A stretch of 64,000 nt of DNA from Aulosira sp. ZfuVER01 (GTDB taxonomy: Bacteria; Cyanobacteriota; Cyanobacteriia; Cyanobacteriales; Nostocaceae): positions 51,366-115,365 of the forward strand of contig JAVRCV020000048.1 in the NCBI GenBank assembly GCA_034530615.2, in the 5' to 3' direction. A program made the position numbers and the translations under genes. How positions within the stretch are numbered: the first letter of the stretch is position 1; each line of letters begins with the position of its first letter. The notes beneath the pieces were generated by a model. The model was not told where the DNA came from, ran no database searches, and worked only from the letters and a program-made list of their open reading frames with translations. This document shows positions 43,207-52,837 of this stretch, one piece after another.

Positions 43207-44760
43207 GTGAATGTTGCTGAATTAGTCACTGTTTCAATTATTCTCCTACTCGTAGCCACCGTTGTAGCTTTACTGTCGCGCTGGTTACGAGTTTCTTATG
43301 TTGCGGGTTTAGTTTTAGCGGGTTTAGCAGTTACAGAAATTTTGCCACAGCGCATTGGTTTAAACGATTCCCTAATTTTGAATTTATTTCTGCCGATTTT
43401 GGTGTTTGAGGCAGCTATTAATACAGATATTAGCCGCCTCCGCACTACTGTTAAACCAATTGCTTTATTAGCTGGGCCAGGAATCTTAATTTCCTCTGGT
43501 GTGACAGCAGTACTTTTGAAATGGGGACTCGAATTAAATTGGACAGCAGCATTGCTGGCTGGAGTTATTTTGGCAATTACTGATACTGTCTCTGTAATTG
43601 CTGTATTTAAGGAGGTACAAGTCCCTTCTCGTCTTTCCACCATTGTTGAGGGAGAAAGCTTATTTAACGATGGTGTGGCGCTAGTTTTATTTAGTCTGAT
43701 TTTAAAAGTTCATGCAGCTGGTTCACTGTCATTTCTCGCAGGACTGCAAGAATTATGTGTGGTAATTATTGGGGGAACCTTAGTAGGGTTAGCTGTAGGA
43801 TCTTTGAGTACAGGCTTATTTGTCCGCGCTGATGAGCCGCTTAGTAGCATTTTGCTAACGGTAGCTGTGGCTTTAGGAGCTTTTCAACTCGGACAATCGT
43901 TCAGCGTCTCTGGTGTAGTTGCTGTGGTTGTTGCTGGGTTAATTGTCGGAACAGTAGGACTTTCAGGTAAAGTATCGGCTTCTACTCGTTTGACATTACT
44001 TAGCTTTTGGGAATCTATTGCTTTTGGGGTAAATAGCTTTATTTTTCTGCTTATTGGTATAGAAGTTGACTTAACAACTCTATGGAGAACTTTACCTGCT
44101 GTACTGCTAGCGATCGCAGCTTATCAAATAGCACGCATAGTCTCTGTCTATCCACTGTTAGCTATTGTACGTTTATTTGACCGTCCAATTCCTGGGCAGT
44201 GGCAGCACGTTCTATTCTTTGGCAATATTAAGGGTTCTCTTTCAATGGCGTTGGCGTTGAGTATCCCCACAAACGTAATAGGACGAGAACAACTAATTGC
44301 CATAGTATTTGGCACAGTATTGCTGTCTTTAGTTGGTCAAGGAGTGAGTTTACCGTGGTTGGTGAAGCGGTTGCAATTGTCTCCGGTATCAGCAACTCGC
44401 CAGCAGGTTGAAGAATTGCAAGCACAATTAATTACGGCTAAAGCAGCACAGGATGAATTAGATACTCTATTGAAAACAGGGGTGTTACCAAAAGCTGTAT
44501 ATGAAGAGATGCGTTCAGCTTACCAAGTGCAAGTAGCGAGTGCAGAAAAGACATTACGAGAATTATATAATCGCCGTTCGGATGAGTTGGAAACTAAAAG
44601 TGGTGAACCCAGTAAGCTTGATGCTATTCGCCGTCGATTGCTGCTAGCGGAGAAAGCAGCACTCAACGAAGCAATACGTCAGCGAATTCTCTCAGAAGAG
44701 ATTGTGTATGAACGGCTGAGAAAAATTGATGAGCAATTGTTGAAGTTAGAAGATGATTAA
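43207..44760 (+). CDS. CPA1 (NhaP-type) Na+(K+)/H+ antiporter
   Basis: FLPILVFEAA, AITDTVSV, EGESLFNDG, FWE; cytoplasmic C-terminal tail. Confidence 0.92.
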   Translation: MNVAELVTVSIILLLVATVVALLSRWLRVSYVAGLVLAGLAVTEILPQRIGLNDSLILNLFLPILVFEAAINTDISRLRTTVKPIALLAGPGILISSGVTAVLLKWGLELNWTAALLAGVILAITDTVSVIAVFKEVQVPSRLSTIVEGESLFNDGVALVLFSLILKVHAAGSLSFLAGLQELCVVIIGGTLVGLAVGSLSTGLFVRADEPLSSILLTVAVALGAFQLGQSFSVSGVVAVVVAGLIVGTVGLSGKVSASTRLTLLSFWESIAFGVNSFIFLLIGIEVDLTTLWRTLPAVLLAIAAYQIARIVSVYPLLAIVRLFDRPIPGQWQHVLFFGNIKGSLSMALALSIPTNVIGREQLIAIVFGTVLLSLVGQGVSLPWLVKRLQLSPVSATRQQVEELQAQLITAKAAQDELDTLLKTGVLPKAVYEEMRSAYQVQVASAEKTLRELYNRRSDELETKSGEPSKLDAIRRRLLLAEKAALNEAIRQRILSEEIVYERLRKIDEQLLKLEDD

Positions 44761-44787
44761 TTTAATTCGTAATTTGTAATTCGTAAT

Positions 44788-45351
44788 TCATCTTGAAGAT
44801 GTACTTTGCGAAGCTTTTTGAGTTTTTATGACTTTGCCGGGACTTACAAAAGAAACTCCTTGCTGGAATTCAGTTGCTATCATCACTGCTTCTACTATCG
44901 GCTCGGAAATTGCTTTTTGGGATACCCATTCCACAATAAAATTTGCTCCTGAACCACCACTTGTATCTGTTCTATTAACAAAAAAGTCTGTAGAAGCTAG
45001 GGCATTAAGTTGTATGGGGCGTTCTAAATACTGCTTAATTAATTTACCATTTGAATCATAGTAACGCACAGCAGTAACAATCATCGGATTGGTTAAATCT
45101 GTATTCCGGATACTCAGGGTAGCTGCTAAATCTAAAATCTTGCGCTCATCATTATGATAAATATGAGAATAGACGGGTACATAAATTGTTTGTCCCATTG
45201 CTATTTGAAAGTTTTTGTCCAGAGTCACTACTTGTTGAGATGATTGTGTCTGGGTAGTTTGGGATTGTGGCTTTTGGGAATTATTTAATGATGTGCAAGC
45301 CACCAAAAAAATTAAAGCAATTACTAAATAAAAACGTAAGTACAGCTTCAT
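44788..45351 (-). CDS. DUF3124 family lipoprotein
   Basis: Lipobox LVAC, GQTIYVPVYSHIY, LSIRNTD, YYDSNG, GGSGANFIVEW. Confidence 0.85.
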   Translation of the reverse strand: MKLYLRFYLVIALIFLVACTSLNNSQKPQSQTTQTQSSQQVVTLDKNFQIAMGQTIYVPVYSHIYHNDERKILDLAATLSIRNTDLTNPMIVTAVRYYDSNGKLIKQYLERPIQLNALASTDFFVNRTDTSGGSGANFIVEWVSQKAISEPIVEAVMIATEFQQGVSFVSPGKVIKTQKASQSTSSR

Positions 45352-45356
45352 TCAAT

Positions 45357-46034
45357 TTATTTACAGCCTTCAATAAAATCTATCATTTGATGCAATGACC
45401 CTGGTTTGGTTACAACCAGCACAGTTGAACCAGGTTCTAATACTGTACTCCCATTGGGAATGCTTAAATCTTCTTGAGGATGGGGTTGATAGCCAATAAT
45501 TAGAGAACCAGTAGGAAAGCGTGAATCCTGCGCAATTTCGGCAATGCTACGATTAACAACATAGCAATTGTTAGGAATTGAAAGTTTTAAAACTTCAATT
45601 TGTCCTTGCTCAAAATGCATCATTGATTCTACTTGCGGATATTCGATCGCATTTACCATTGTGGAAACCGCTAGTTCAACAGTACCAATAATATGATTGG
45701 CTCCAGCTAATCGAAAAGGTTCAGCAAAATCTGAATGGCGCATCCGAGTCACAATATGAGGGACACCATAATGTTTAGCGAGAGTTACCATCGCCAAGTT
45801 CAACGCATCACTTCGCAACATAGCTGCTAAAGCGTCGGCTTTCCGAATTCCCGCTTCCAACAACACGTCTGTACTAACAGCGCTACCTTCAAAAGCCATT
45901 GCTCCTACTTGTTCCCGTGCGTAGCGACAAGCATTAGGATCGATGTCAATCACAGCTACGGTATGTCCTAGTTCTATTAATTTCTGCGCCAAGCTTAGTC
46001 CTACCAAACCAGATCCACCAATTAGCACGTACAT
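45357..46034 (-). CDS. TrkA/KtrA-like RCK regulatory subunit
   Basis: N-terminal IGGSGLVG Rossmann motif, LLEAGI..AD, C-terminal TrkA_C domain (PNGSTVLEPG). Confidence 0.88.
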   Translation of the reverse strand: MYVLIGGSGLVGLSLAQKLIELGHTVAVIDIDPNACRYAREQVGAMAFEGSAVSTDVLLEAGIRKADALAAMLRSDALNLAMVTLAKHYGVPHIVTRMRHSDFAEPFRLAGANHIIGTVELAVSTMVNAIEYPQVESMMHFEQGQIEVLKLSIPNNCYVVNRSIAEIAQDSRFPTGSLIIGYQPHPQEDLSIPNGSTVLEPGSTVLVVTKPGSLHQMIDFIEGCK

Positions 46035-46082
46035 AGGCTGCTTTTGGATAATGTTCGACTCTTACTTTACCAAAGCTAGCTT

Positions 46083-46967
46083 TTATGAGATGCCTACTAT
46101 TTTTTCCATACCCCAAAAAATCAAATTGGGTTCTATAGTCAATCGTAGTGCGATCGCAGGATACAAAACTTCAAGATAATTGCATAATATTGTGCGATCG
46201 CCTCCTTTAATCGCAACATTACCCTCAGGATATAATTGCCACCACGCCTCCATAAAATCTTTGATTCCAGCAAGTAGCGTATAAATCACGCCGCTTTGAA
46301 TTGCTTCTGTTGTATTTAAAGCAAAGCGTGGCGGTAGAGATGAAATCAATTGCGTCTCTATTGAAGGTAATTGTCCTGTTTGTTGACCGAGAGTTGTAAA
46401 TTGCAAACCTAATCCTGGTAGAATCGCACCCCCAACTAAACACTGGTTATCATCCGCCGCCGTAAAAGTCAGTGCAGTTCCAGCATCAATCACCAGCATA
46501 GGAAATCCCCAAGTTTTAGCAGCACCCCATAACGCCAAAGCGCGATCAATTCCCAGTGTGGGATACACATTCTTTAGCGGTATTTGGTCTAAGGTGATTA
46601 CCTGAAGATTAGGGTAAGTTTGCCAAAGTGCTGTTTGGCTGGGAACTACAGAGGCGATCGCAAGAGGGAGGGGGGGAAAAGATGGGGGGGACAAGGGAGA
46701 CAAGGGAGAGGCGGAAGCATATTCTTTTTTGTCTCCTTGTCTTGCCAATATTCCACTTCTGTAAATGCAGGGGAAAACTTCTGGTGGTAAATTATCCAGT
46801 GTTTGACATTGTGCCAATTTCTGTATGACTGACTTAGGTAAATAGTCAGTGTCCCAAGTACAGTCGAGCTTTTCGCCTAAGAACAATGCCCAATGTAGCC
46901 GGGAATTGCCAATCTCCAAGGCTAACCAAATATTGTCTCTGTGTACTTTGTGCCTCTGTGGTTCCAC
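46083..46967 (-). CDS. coaX: Type III pantothenate kinase
   Basis: [44 protein letters not shown]; start uncertain. Confidence 0.92.
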   Translation of the reverse strand: MEPQRHKVHRDNIWLALEIGNSRLHWALFLGEKLDCTWDTDYLPKSVIQKLAQCQTLDNLPPEVFPCIYRSGILARQGDKKEYASASPLSPLSPPSFPPLPLAIASVVPSQTALWQTYPNLQVITLDQIPLKNVYPTLGIDRALALWGAAKTWGFPMLVIDAGTALTFTAADDNQCLVGGAILPGLGLQFTTLGQQTGQLPSIETQLISSLPPRFALNTTEAIQSGVIYTLLAGIKDFMEAWWQLYPEGNVAIKGGDRTILCNYLEVLYPAIALRLTIEPNLIFWGMEKIVGIS

Positions 46968-47077
46968 TCTTTTAACTTTTTTAAGTTATCTATAGCTTTT
47001 TTAATAAAAATTTACAATCGATACGTGTAACAATAAAGTCAGAGGAAAATATACTCATTGTGTTAAGGAAGGGAGTT

Positions 47078-48802
47078 ATGGTAGCGCTCACCGAAAGAAC
47101 TGAAAAAAGGCTCACCATACAAACTGTGGAAATTGCTCCAGATACTACAGCAATTCGCTCTTTGGATTGGGATCGCGATCGCTTTGATATTGAATTTGGT
47201 CTGCAAAACGGTACGACCTATAACTCATTTCTGATTCGCGGTGAGCAGACTGCTTTAGTTGATACTTCCCACGAAAAGTTTCGTCAGCTGTATTTTGACA
47301 CGCTCACGGGGCTAATTAATCCTAAAGAGATTGATTATTTAATTGTCAGCCACACCGAGCCAGACCACAGTGGCTTAATCAAAGATTTGCTGCAAATGGC
47401 TCCGGAAATTACTGTTGTCGCCTCGAAAGTGGCGATTCAGTTTCTAGAAGATTTGGTACATCAGCCGTTTAAGCGTCGGATTGTGAAAAATGGTGATCGC
47501 TTAGATTTGGGTAATGGTCATGAATTTGAATTTGTCATCGCCCCAAATCTTCACTGGCCCGATACTATCTTCAGCTTCGATCACCAAACCCAAATTCTCT
47601 ACACCTGCGATGCTTTCGGGATGCACTATTGCACCGAAAGTACTTTTGATGACGATTTAAAAGCTATTGAACCTGATTTTAAATATTACTACGAATGCTT
47701 GATGGGGCCGAATGCACGGTCAGTGCTGTCAGCCTTAAAGCGTATGGGAGAACTGCCGCATATTGGTATGATTGCCACTGGTCACGGGCCGCTACTGTAC
47801 CACAACGTTGAGGAACTGACTGGACGTTACCGCACTTGGAGTCAAACGCAAGACAAGCCAGAAACAGCAATAGGAATATTTTACGTTTCCGAATACGGCT
47901 ATAGCGATCGCCTCGCCCAAGCAATTGGCAACGGTATCAGCAAAACTGGGGTGGCTGTGGAATGGGTAGACTTGAGTTCAGGCATTGATTTACAAGAACT
48001 ACGGGAATTGGTAGGTCGTTGTACTGGACTGGTTGTAGGTGTACCGCCAGTTTCTAGTTCTGCTAGTACTCAAGCAGCCCTCAGTACCGTTTTAGGATCT
48101 GCCAAAGAAAAGCAAGCCATTGGCATATTTGAAACTGGTGGCGGCGATGACGAACCAATAGATCCTTTATTGAGTAAATTCCGTAACTTAGGATTGGCAA
48201 CAGTTTTCCCCGCAATTCGGATTAAACAAACGCCTACGGAAAACACCTATAAACAGTGTGAAGAAGCGGGAACCGACTTAGGGCAATGGGTAACACGCGA
48301 TCGCAGTATCAAGGCGATGAAATCTCTAGGTGCTGACTTAGATAAAGCCCTCGGTAGACTTAGTGGCGGATTGTATATCATTACCGCCAAAAAAGGCGAT
48401 GTCTCCAGTGCGATGTTAGCCTCCTGGGTAGCGCAAGCCAGCTTTAAACCCTTGGGATTTTCCATTGCAGTAGCTAAAGACAGGGCGATTGAATCACTGA
48501 TGCAAGTTGGCGATCGCTTTGTCCTCAATATTTTGGAAGAAGGTAATTACCAAACATTGATGAAGCACTTTCTCAAGCGATTCGCCCCAGGTGCAGATCG
48601 CTTTGAAGGCGTGAAAACTCAGCCAGCCGAAAACGGCGCACCTATCCTCACCGATGCCCTTGCATACATTGAGTGCGAAGTCAAAAGCCGAATGGATTGT
48701 GGCGATCACTGGGCAGTTTACAGCACCGTCTACGCCGGACGAGTTTCTAAAACAGAGGCCTTGACTGCTGTGCATCACCGTAAAGTTGGTAATCACTACT
48801 AA
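47078..48802 (+). CDS. flv3: Flavodiiron protein, Flv3-type (canonical iron ligands)
   Basis: GTTYNS, HTEPDH, HWPD, CDAFGMH, GHGP; flavodoxin and flavin reductase domains; HHRKVGNHY. Confidence 0.88.
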   Translation: MVALTERTEKRLTIQTVEIAPDTTAIRSLDWDRDRFDIEFGLQNGTTYNSFLIRGEQTALVDTSHEKFRQLYFDTLTGLINPKEIDYLIVSHTEPDHSGLIKDLLQMAPEITVVASKVAIQFLEDLVHQPFKRRIVKNGDRLDLGNGHEFEFVIAPNLHWPDTIFSFDHQTQILYTCDAFGMHYCTESTFDDDLKAIEPDFKYYYECLMGPNARSVLSALKRMGELPHIGMIATGHGPLLYHNVEELTGRYRTWSQTQDKPETAIGIFYVSEYGYSDRLAQAIGNGISKTGVAVEWVDLSSGIDLQELRELVGRCTGLVVGVPPVSSSASTQAALSTVLGSAKEKQAIGIFETGGGDDEPIDPLLSKFRNLGLATVFPAIRIKQTPTENTYKQCEEAGTDLGQWVTRDRSIKAMKSLGADLDKALGRLSGGLYIITAKKGDVSSAMLASWVAQASFKPLGFSIAVAKDRAIESLMQVGDRFVLNILEEGNYQTLMKHFLKRFAPGADRFEGVKTQPAENGAPILTDALAYIECEVKSRMDCGDHWAVYSTVYAGRVSKTEALTAVHHRKVGNHY

Positions 48803-48914
48803 CAAACTTACAGAAGACGCGGTGGCTTAAAGACGCGGGGACGCGGGGATATTTCCCTCACCGTGTCTCCGCGTCTTCCCTTCCCCATGTCCTTTTCCTA
48901 TTGCCCAAACTACC

Positions 48915-50627
48915 ATGTCAACAACCAAACCCCGCGACGTTCAAGTTTACCCGATAGCCACAGATACAACAGTACTGCGATCGCGCAGTTGGTCAAGGTT
49001 AAGGTTTGAAATTGAATATGCTTTAGCCAAGGGTACAACTGCTAATTCTTATGTGATTCAAGGGGATACAATCGCCCTAATCGATCCGCCAGGTGAAACT
49101 TTTACTCAAATCTATTTAGATGCTTTGCAACAAAGATTTGATGTCAAAGCCATCGATTATGTAATTTTGGGTCATGTTAATCCCAACCGCGCCGCGACTT
49201 TAAAAGCTTTGCTGGAAGTTGCACCGCAAATTACCTTTGTGTGTTCTAATCCCGGGGCAATCAATTTACGCGGAGCGCTAGAAAACCCAGATTTACCAAT
49301 TATGGTGATGCGGGGGGAAGAAACCCTAAATTTAGGTAAGGGTCACGATCTGCAATTTGTTCCTACCCCCAACCCCCGTTATGCAGATCTACTTTGCACC
49401 TATGACCCCCAAACAGAAATTCTCTATACAGATAAATTCTTTGGGGCGCATATTTGTGGCGATCAGGTCTTTGATGAAGGCTGGGAATCGATTAACGAAG
49501 ATCGCCGCTATTATTTTGATTGCTTGATGGCTCCTCATGCGCGTCAAGTTGAAACAGCGTTAGATAAACTTGCCTATTTTCCTGCGAGAATTTACGCCAC
49601 TGGACACGGGCCTTTGGTGCGCTATGCCCTAATTGAACTGACCAAAGCTTATCGGGAATGGAGTCAGCAGCAGACATCTGCCGATTTGACAGTAGCCTTA
49701 ATTTATGCATCTGCTTATGGTAATACAGCCACTTTAGCCCAAGCGATCGCGCGTGGTATCACGAAAGCTGGTGTCGCTGTAGAATCAATTAATTGTGAAT
49801 TTACCGACCCTGAAGATATTCGCGCTGCTGTAGAAAAATCTGCTGGTTTTGTCATCGGTTCGCCTACCCTTGGCGGTCATGCACCCACACCTGTACAAAC
49901 AGCTTTAGGTATTGTTCTCGCCACCGCTACCAATAATAAACTCGCAGGCGTATTCGGTTCCTTTGGCTGGAGTGGCGAAGCTGTTGATTTAATTGAAGGT
50001 AAACTCAAAGACGCTGGCTATCGCTTTGGATTTGACACTATCCGCGTCAAATTTAAACCCAACGATGTCACCTTACAGATGTGTGAAGAAGCCGGAACCG
50101 ACTTTGCTCAAGCATTGAAGAAAGCCAGAAAAGTGCGATCGCAAAGCGTTCCCGCTACCACCGTTGAACAAGCAGTTGGGCGAATTGTTGGTTCGCTGTG
50201 CGTTCTCACAGCCAAACAAGACGATATCTCCAGCGCGATGTTAGCTTCTTGGGTTTCTCAAGCCAGCTTTAGTCCACCTGGCTTAACCATAGCCGTTGCT
50301 AAAGACCGTGCTGTAGAATCTCTGACGCACACAGGAAATCAATTTGTCCTAAATATCCTTAAAGAAGGCAATCATTTAGGCTTGATGAAACAATTCCTCA
50401 AACCCTTTGGCCCAGCAGAAGACAGATTTGCTGATGTCGCCACTCAAGAAGCCGAAAACGGTTCTCCAATTCTCAACGATGCTTTGGCATATTTGGAGTG
50501 TTCTGTAAAAAATCGGATGGAATCTGGCGATCACTGGCTAGTTTATGCGACTGTCGAGAATGGCAAAGTGCTAAATCAAGATGGTGTCACAGCCGTGCAT
50601 CATCGCAAGTCGGGGACTCATTATTAA
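48915..50627 (+). CDS. flv1: Flavodiiron protein, Flv1-type (non-canonical ligands)
   Basis: HVNPNR replaces HxExDH, DKFFGAH, YASAYGNT, GSFGWSGE, HHRKSGTHY. Confidence 0.85.
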   Translation: MSTTKPRDVQVYPIATDTTVLRSRSWSRLRFEIEYALAKGTTANSYVIQGDTIALIDPPGETFTQIYLDALQQRFDVKAIDYVILGHVNPNRAATLKALLEVAPQITFVCSNPGAINLRGALENPDLPIMVMRGEETLNLGKGHDLQFVPTPNPRYADLLCTYDPQTEILYTDKFFGAHICGDQVFDEGWESINEDRRYYFDCLMAPHARQVETALDKLAYFPARIYATGHGPLVRYALIELTKAYREWSQQQTSADLTVALIYASAYGNTATLAQAIARGITKAGVAVESINCEFTDPEDIRAAVEKSAGFVIGSPTLGGHAPTPVQTALGIVLATATNNKLAGVFGSFGWSGEAVDLIEGKLKDAGYRFGFDTIRVKFKPNDVTLQMCEEAGTDFAQALKKARKVRSQSVPATTVEQAVGRIVGSLCVLTAKQDDISSAMLASWVSQASFSPPGLTIAVAKDRAVESLTHTGNQFVLNILKEGNHLGLMKQFLKPFGPAEDRFADVATQEAENGSPILNDALAYLECSVKNRMESGDHWLVYATVENGKVLNQDGVTAVHHRKSGTHY

Positions 50628-50640
50628 TGAAAGGACATAA

Positions 50641-50876
50641 AAAACTCCACCCACAACGGGACGGAGTTTTAGGGCATGAGGAATGGGACATAGCAAAGAT
50701 TCACCCTTCGGGTGACGCTCCTTCTCCCAAGGGGAGAAGGCTTTATGCTGCGCGAACGCCAGTCACTTACAACGGGAAACCCGTCTTCAGTGCTGGACTC
50801 ACCAATGCCCTATGCCCAAAGTCGGCGGGCGGCTGTCCCTCTCCACCCACAAGGGAATGGAGTTTCCCGCCGACTT
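50641..50876. mobile_element. Non-autonomous IS200/IS605-like miniature element with nested small repeats
   Basis: Two similar subterminal hairpins in direct orientation (CTCCACCCACAACGGGACGGAG; CTCCACCCACAAGGGAATGGAG), no transposase. Confidence 0.55.
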
Positions 50877-50884
50877 CCAATTAA

Positions 50885-50914
50885 AAAAGCTCAAGCATCG
50901 GTGCTTGAGCTTTT
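50885..50914. terminator. Bidirectional terminator between flv1 and rbp
   Basis: AAAAGCTCAAGCA-TCGG-TGCTTGAGCTTTT. Confidence 0.8.
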
Positions 50915-50987
50915 GCAAATTTTAATTAGTTGATGGGCCTGATGAAATGACCAACAGCCCCTAACCTTTTTTTATAAAACCTATAAC

Positions 50988-51296
50988 TTAGTAGCGATTG
51001 CGATTACCACCGCCGTAGCCACCACGGTTACCACCACCAAAGGAACCTCTATCTTCCTTGGGCTTGGCTTTATTAACTTTCAGGTCACGTCCCATCCACT
51101 CAGCACCATCAAGAGCCTCAATGGCAGCTGTTTCTTCGGTGTCTGTACCCATTTCCACAAAAGCAAAGCCGCGTACACGGCCTGTTTCACGGTCGGTAGG
51201 TATTTGAACACGCTTTACAGAACCATATTCTGCAAAAACAGCAGTCAATGCCTCTTCTGTAACTTGGTAAGAAAGGTTACCTACATAAACTGACAT
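50988..51296 (-). CDS. RRM RNA-binding protein with Gly-rich tail (RbpA family)
   Basis: RNP2 VYVGNL, RNP1 RGFAFVEM, DGAEWMGRDLKVNKAKP. Confidence 0.95.
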   Translation of the reverse strand: MSVYVGNLSYQVTEEALTAVFAEYGSVKRVQIPTDRETGRVRGFAFVEMGTDTEETAAIEALDGAEWMGRDLKVNKAKPKEDRGSFGGGNRGGYGGGNRNRY

Positions 51297-51335
51297 AGAA
51301 AGTCTCCAAAATCATCAGAACGTAGAGATTTAGAT

Positions 51336-51404
51336 TTCGGAGAGAGTCTGAAAATACCAAAAGGAAAAAGCCAATCAATACTAACAAAAAACACTATCAC
51401 CGAA
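51336..51404 (-). promoter_or_regulatory. Conserved rbp 5'-UTR boxes (TTCGGTGA ... TTTGTTAGT ... TCTCCGAA)
   Basis: Minus-strand TTCGGTGA (51404-51397) and TCTCCGAA (51343-51336) are near-complementary and match boxes described for cold-induced Anabaena rbp genes. Confidence 0.7.
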
Positions 51405-51803
51405 TTAATTCTCATCTCTCATAATAATACCTCAACTCACTATAGAAGAGGAGAATTTAAAAAACTTTTAATGAGGTCGGCACAAAGAAACTGAACTTGC
51501 TAGAATCGTAGATTATCAAGAAGTAATAGACAAGGGTCAAACAATTTTAGATTTTAGATTTTGAATTGACCCCTGAGGCCAATCTAGGCGACTCAGAAAT
51601 TTTTGGATTTTGCGGAAAGTTGCGTGGGCGGCTCTGCCGACTTGAGCAAACTTTCCTAGGCTGATTTTCGATAGATTCCACAGATAAATCTGAATGCTTA
51701 TACCATCAAGGAATTATTGGTCAGAGTTTTGAGATTGCTACGCTTCGCAATATTGAATTTACTTGTTCCCCGATCTGCTTTTCCTTGCAAATCTACGCCT
51801 TAA

Positions 51804-52358
51804 CTACTCGAAAGGCTCATTCTCTAATCTTGTCTCTAAATACTGACCAATCATCAACTGTTCACCAGCACGCGAAATAATAGTCTGGCGAGTACGGTAT
51901 TTACTACCAATCAGCTTTAACTCTTCCTCAAATACTGATCTGTTATATTCTGTTCGCAAACACAGGGTTTTGGGATTGGGAAAATAATATTCGGCGGTCA
52001 CTGGTTTGGATGTGGCAAAACCGCGATCGCGATACAGAATGTTTCCTAAAGCACCAAATAGAGTGGAACCTTGAGATTCTTTCTTTCCTGTGATTGAATC
52101 TGTACTTTCCCAGGTCACTTGAGTACCACATACCAAACTTACAGAATCTGGTAAGTCATGCAACTGAGCCAGCTTTTGTAATTCTTCGCATCCCTGTTCT
52201 AAAAATCGAATGGCGATCGCACTCACCATTTCTTTGGTAGTTCCCGATTGCAAGGTGTAATAGCGCCGTTCCGATCGCCACTTACCCACGGATTCCTGAA
52301 AAAATTCTGCAATCAGGCATTCTTCAGCAGTTTTTACAATTTTTAGGGGTGATGTCAC
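51804..52358 (-). CDS. Phycobiliprotein lyase, CpcS/CpeS family (CpcV-like)
   Basis: EFFQESVGKWRSERRYY, LYRDRGF, FEEE, RTRQT...GQYLETR. Confidence 0.85.
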   Translation of the reverse strand: MTSPLKIVKTAEECLIAEFFQESVGKWRSERRYYTLQSGTTKEMVSAIAIRFLEQGCEELQKLAQLHDLPDSVSLVCGTQVTWESTDSITGKKESQGSTLFGALGNILYRDRGFATSKPVTAEYYFPNPKTLCLRTEYNRSVFEEELKLIGSKYRTRQTIISRAGEQLMIGQYLETRLENEPFE

Positions 52359-52837
52359 TGGGTGTCTTCCTCTTACAAACTCAATACATAGTTAGGCGTT
52401 GAGACTCGTTACATTACGTCTGTCCCAAATACCAAATTTATTTACTATTCTTAATCTAAACTAGATAAGGAAATAATTACTGATAGTTTAGCTACAATGC
52501 CAAACCTTCAGATAGCAAATTAATTACTTCTAAAGATAGAAGCTAAAACGCAGAAAATTATTTTTAGCATTTTTATCAGCCTTATACCTTGAGGCGGAGT
52601 TTAGAAAAGCTAAAAATACGTATACTAATCTTTACAATTGGCTGAATATAAAATTCTCTGCACCTGCCATAGCAGTACAGTGTTGAGTTTTTTCTAAATT
52701 TTGGTTGAGAAAAACATGACTTTTTATACTCGAACATTTTTGAGAAAAAACATAGACTTGTTAAACAAACGTGTCAAAAACACTTATTAGGAAACGGCTG
52801 TTTTTAGCTAAAAGCCGCCCTAGGAATCACAAAATCA

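Noticed and set aside
48915..50627. Flavodiiron pseudogene because iron ligands are missing
   Set aside because: The HVNPNR-type substitution is normal for Flv1/Flv2-class proteins and the ORF is intact.
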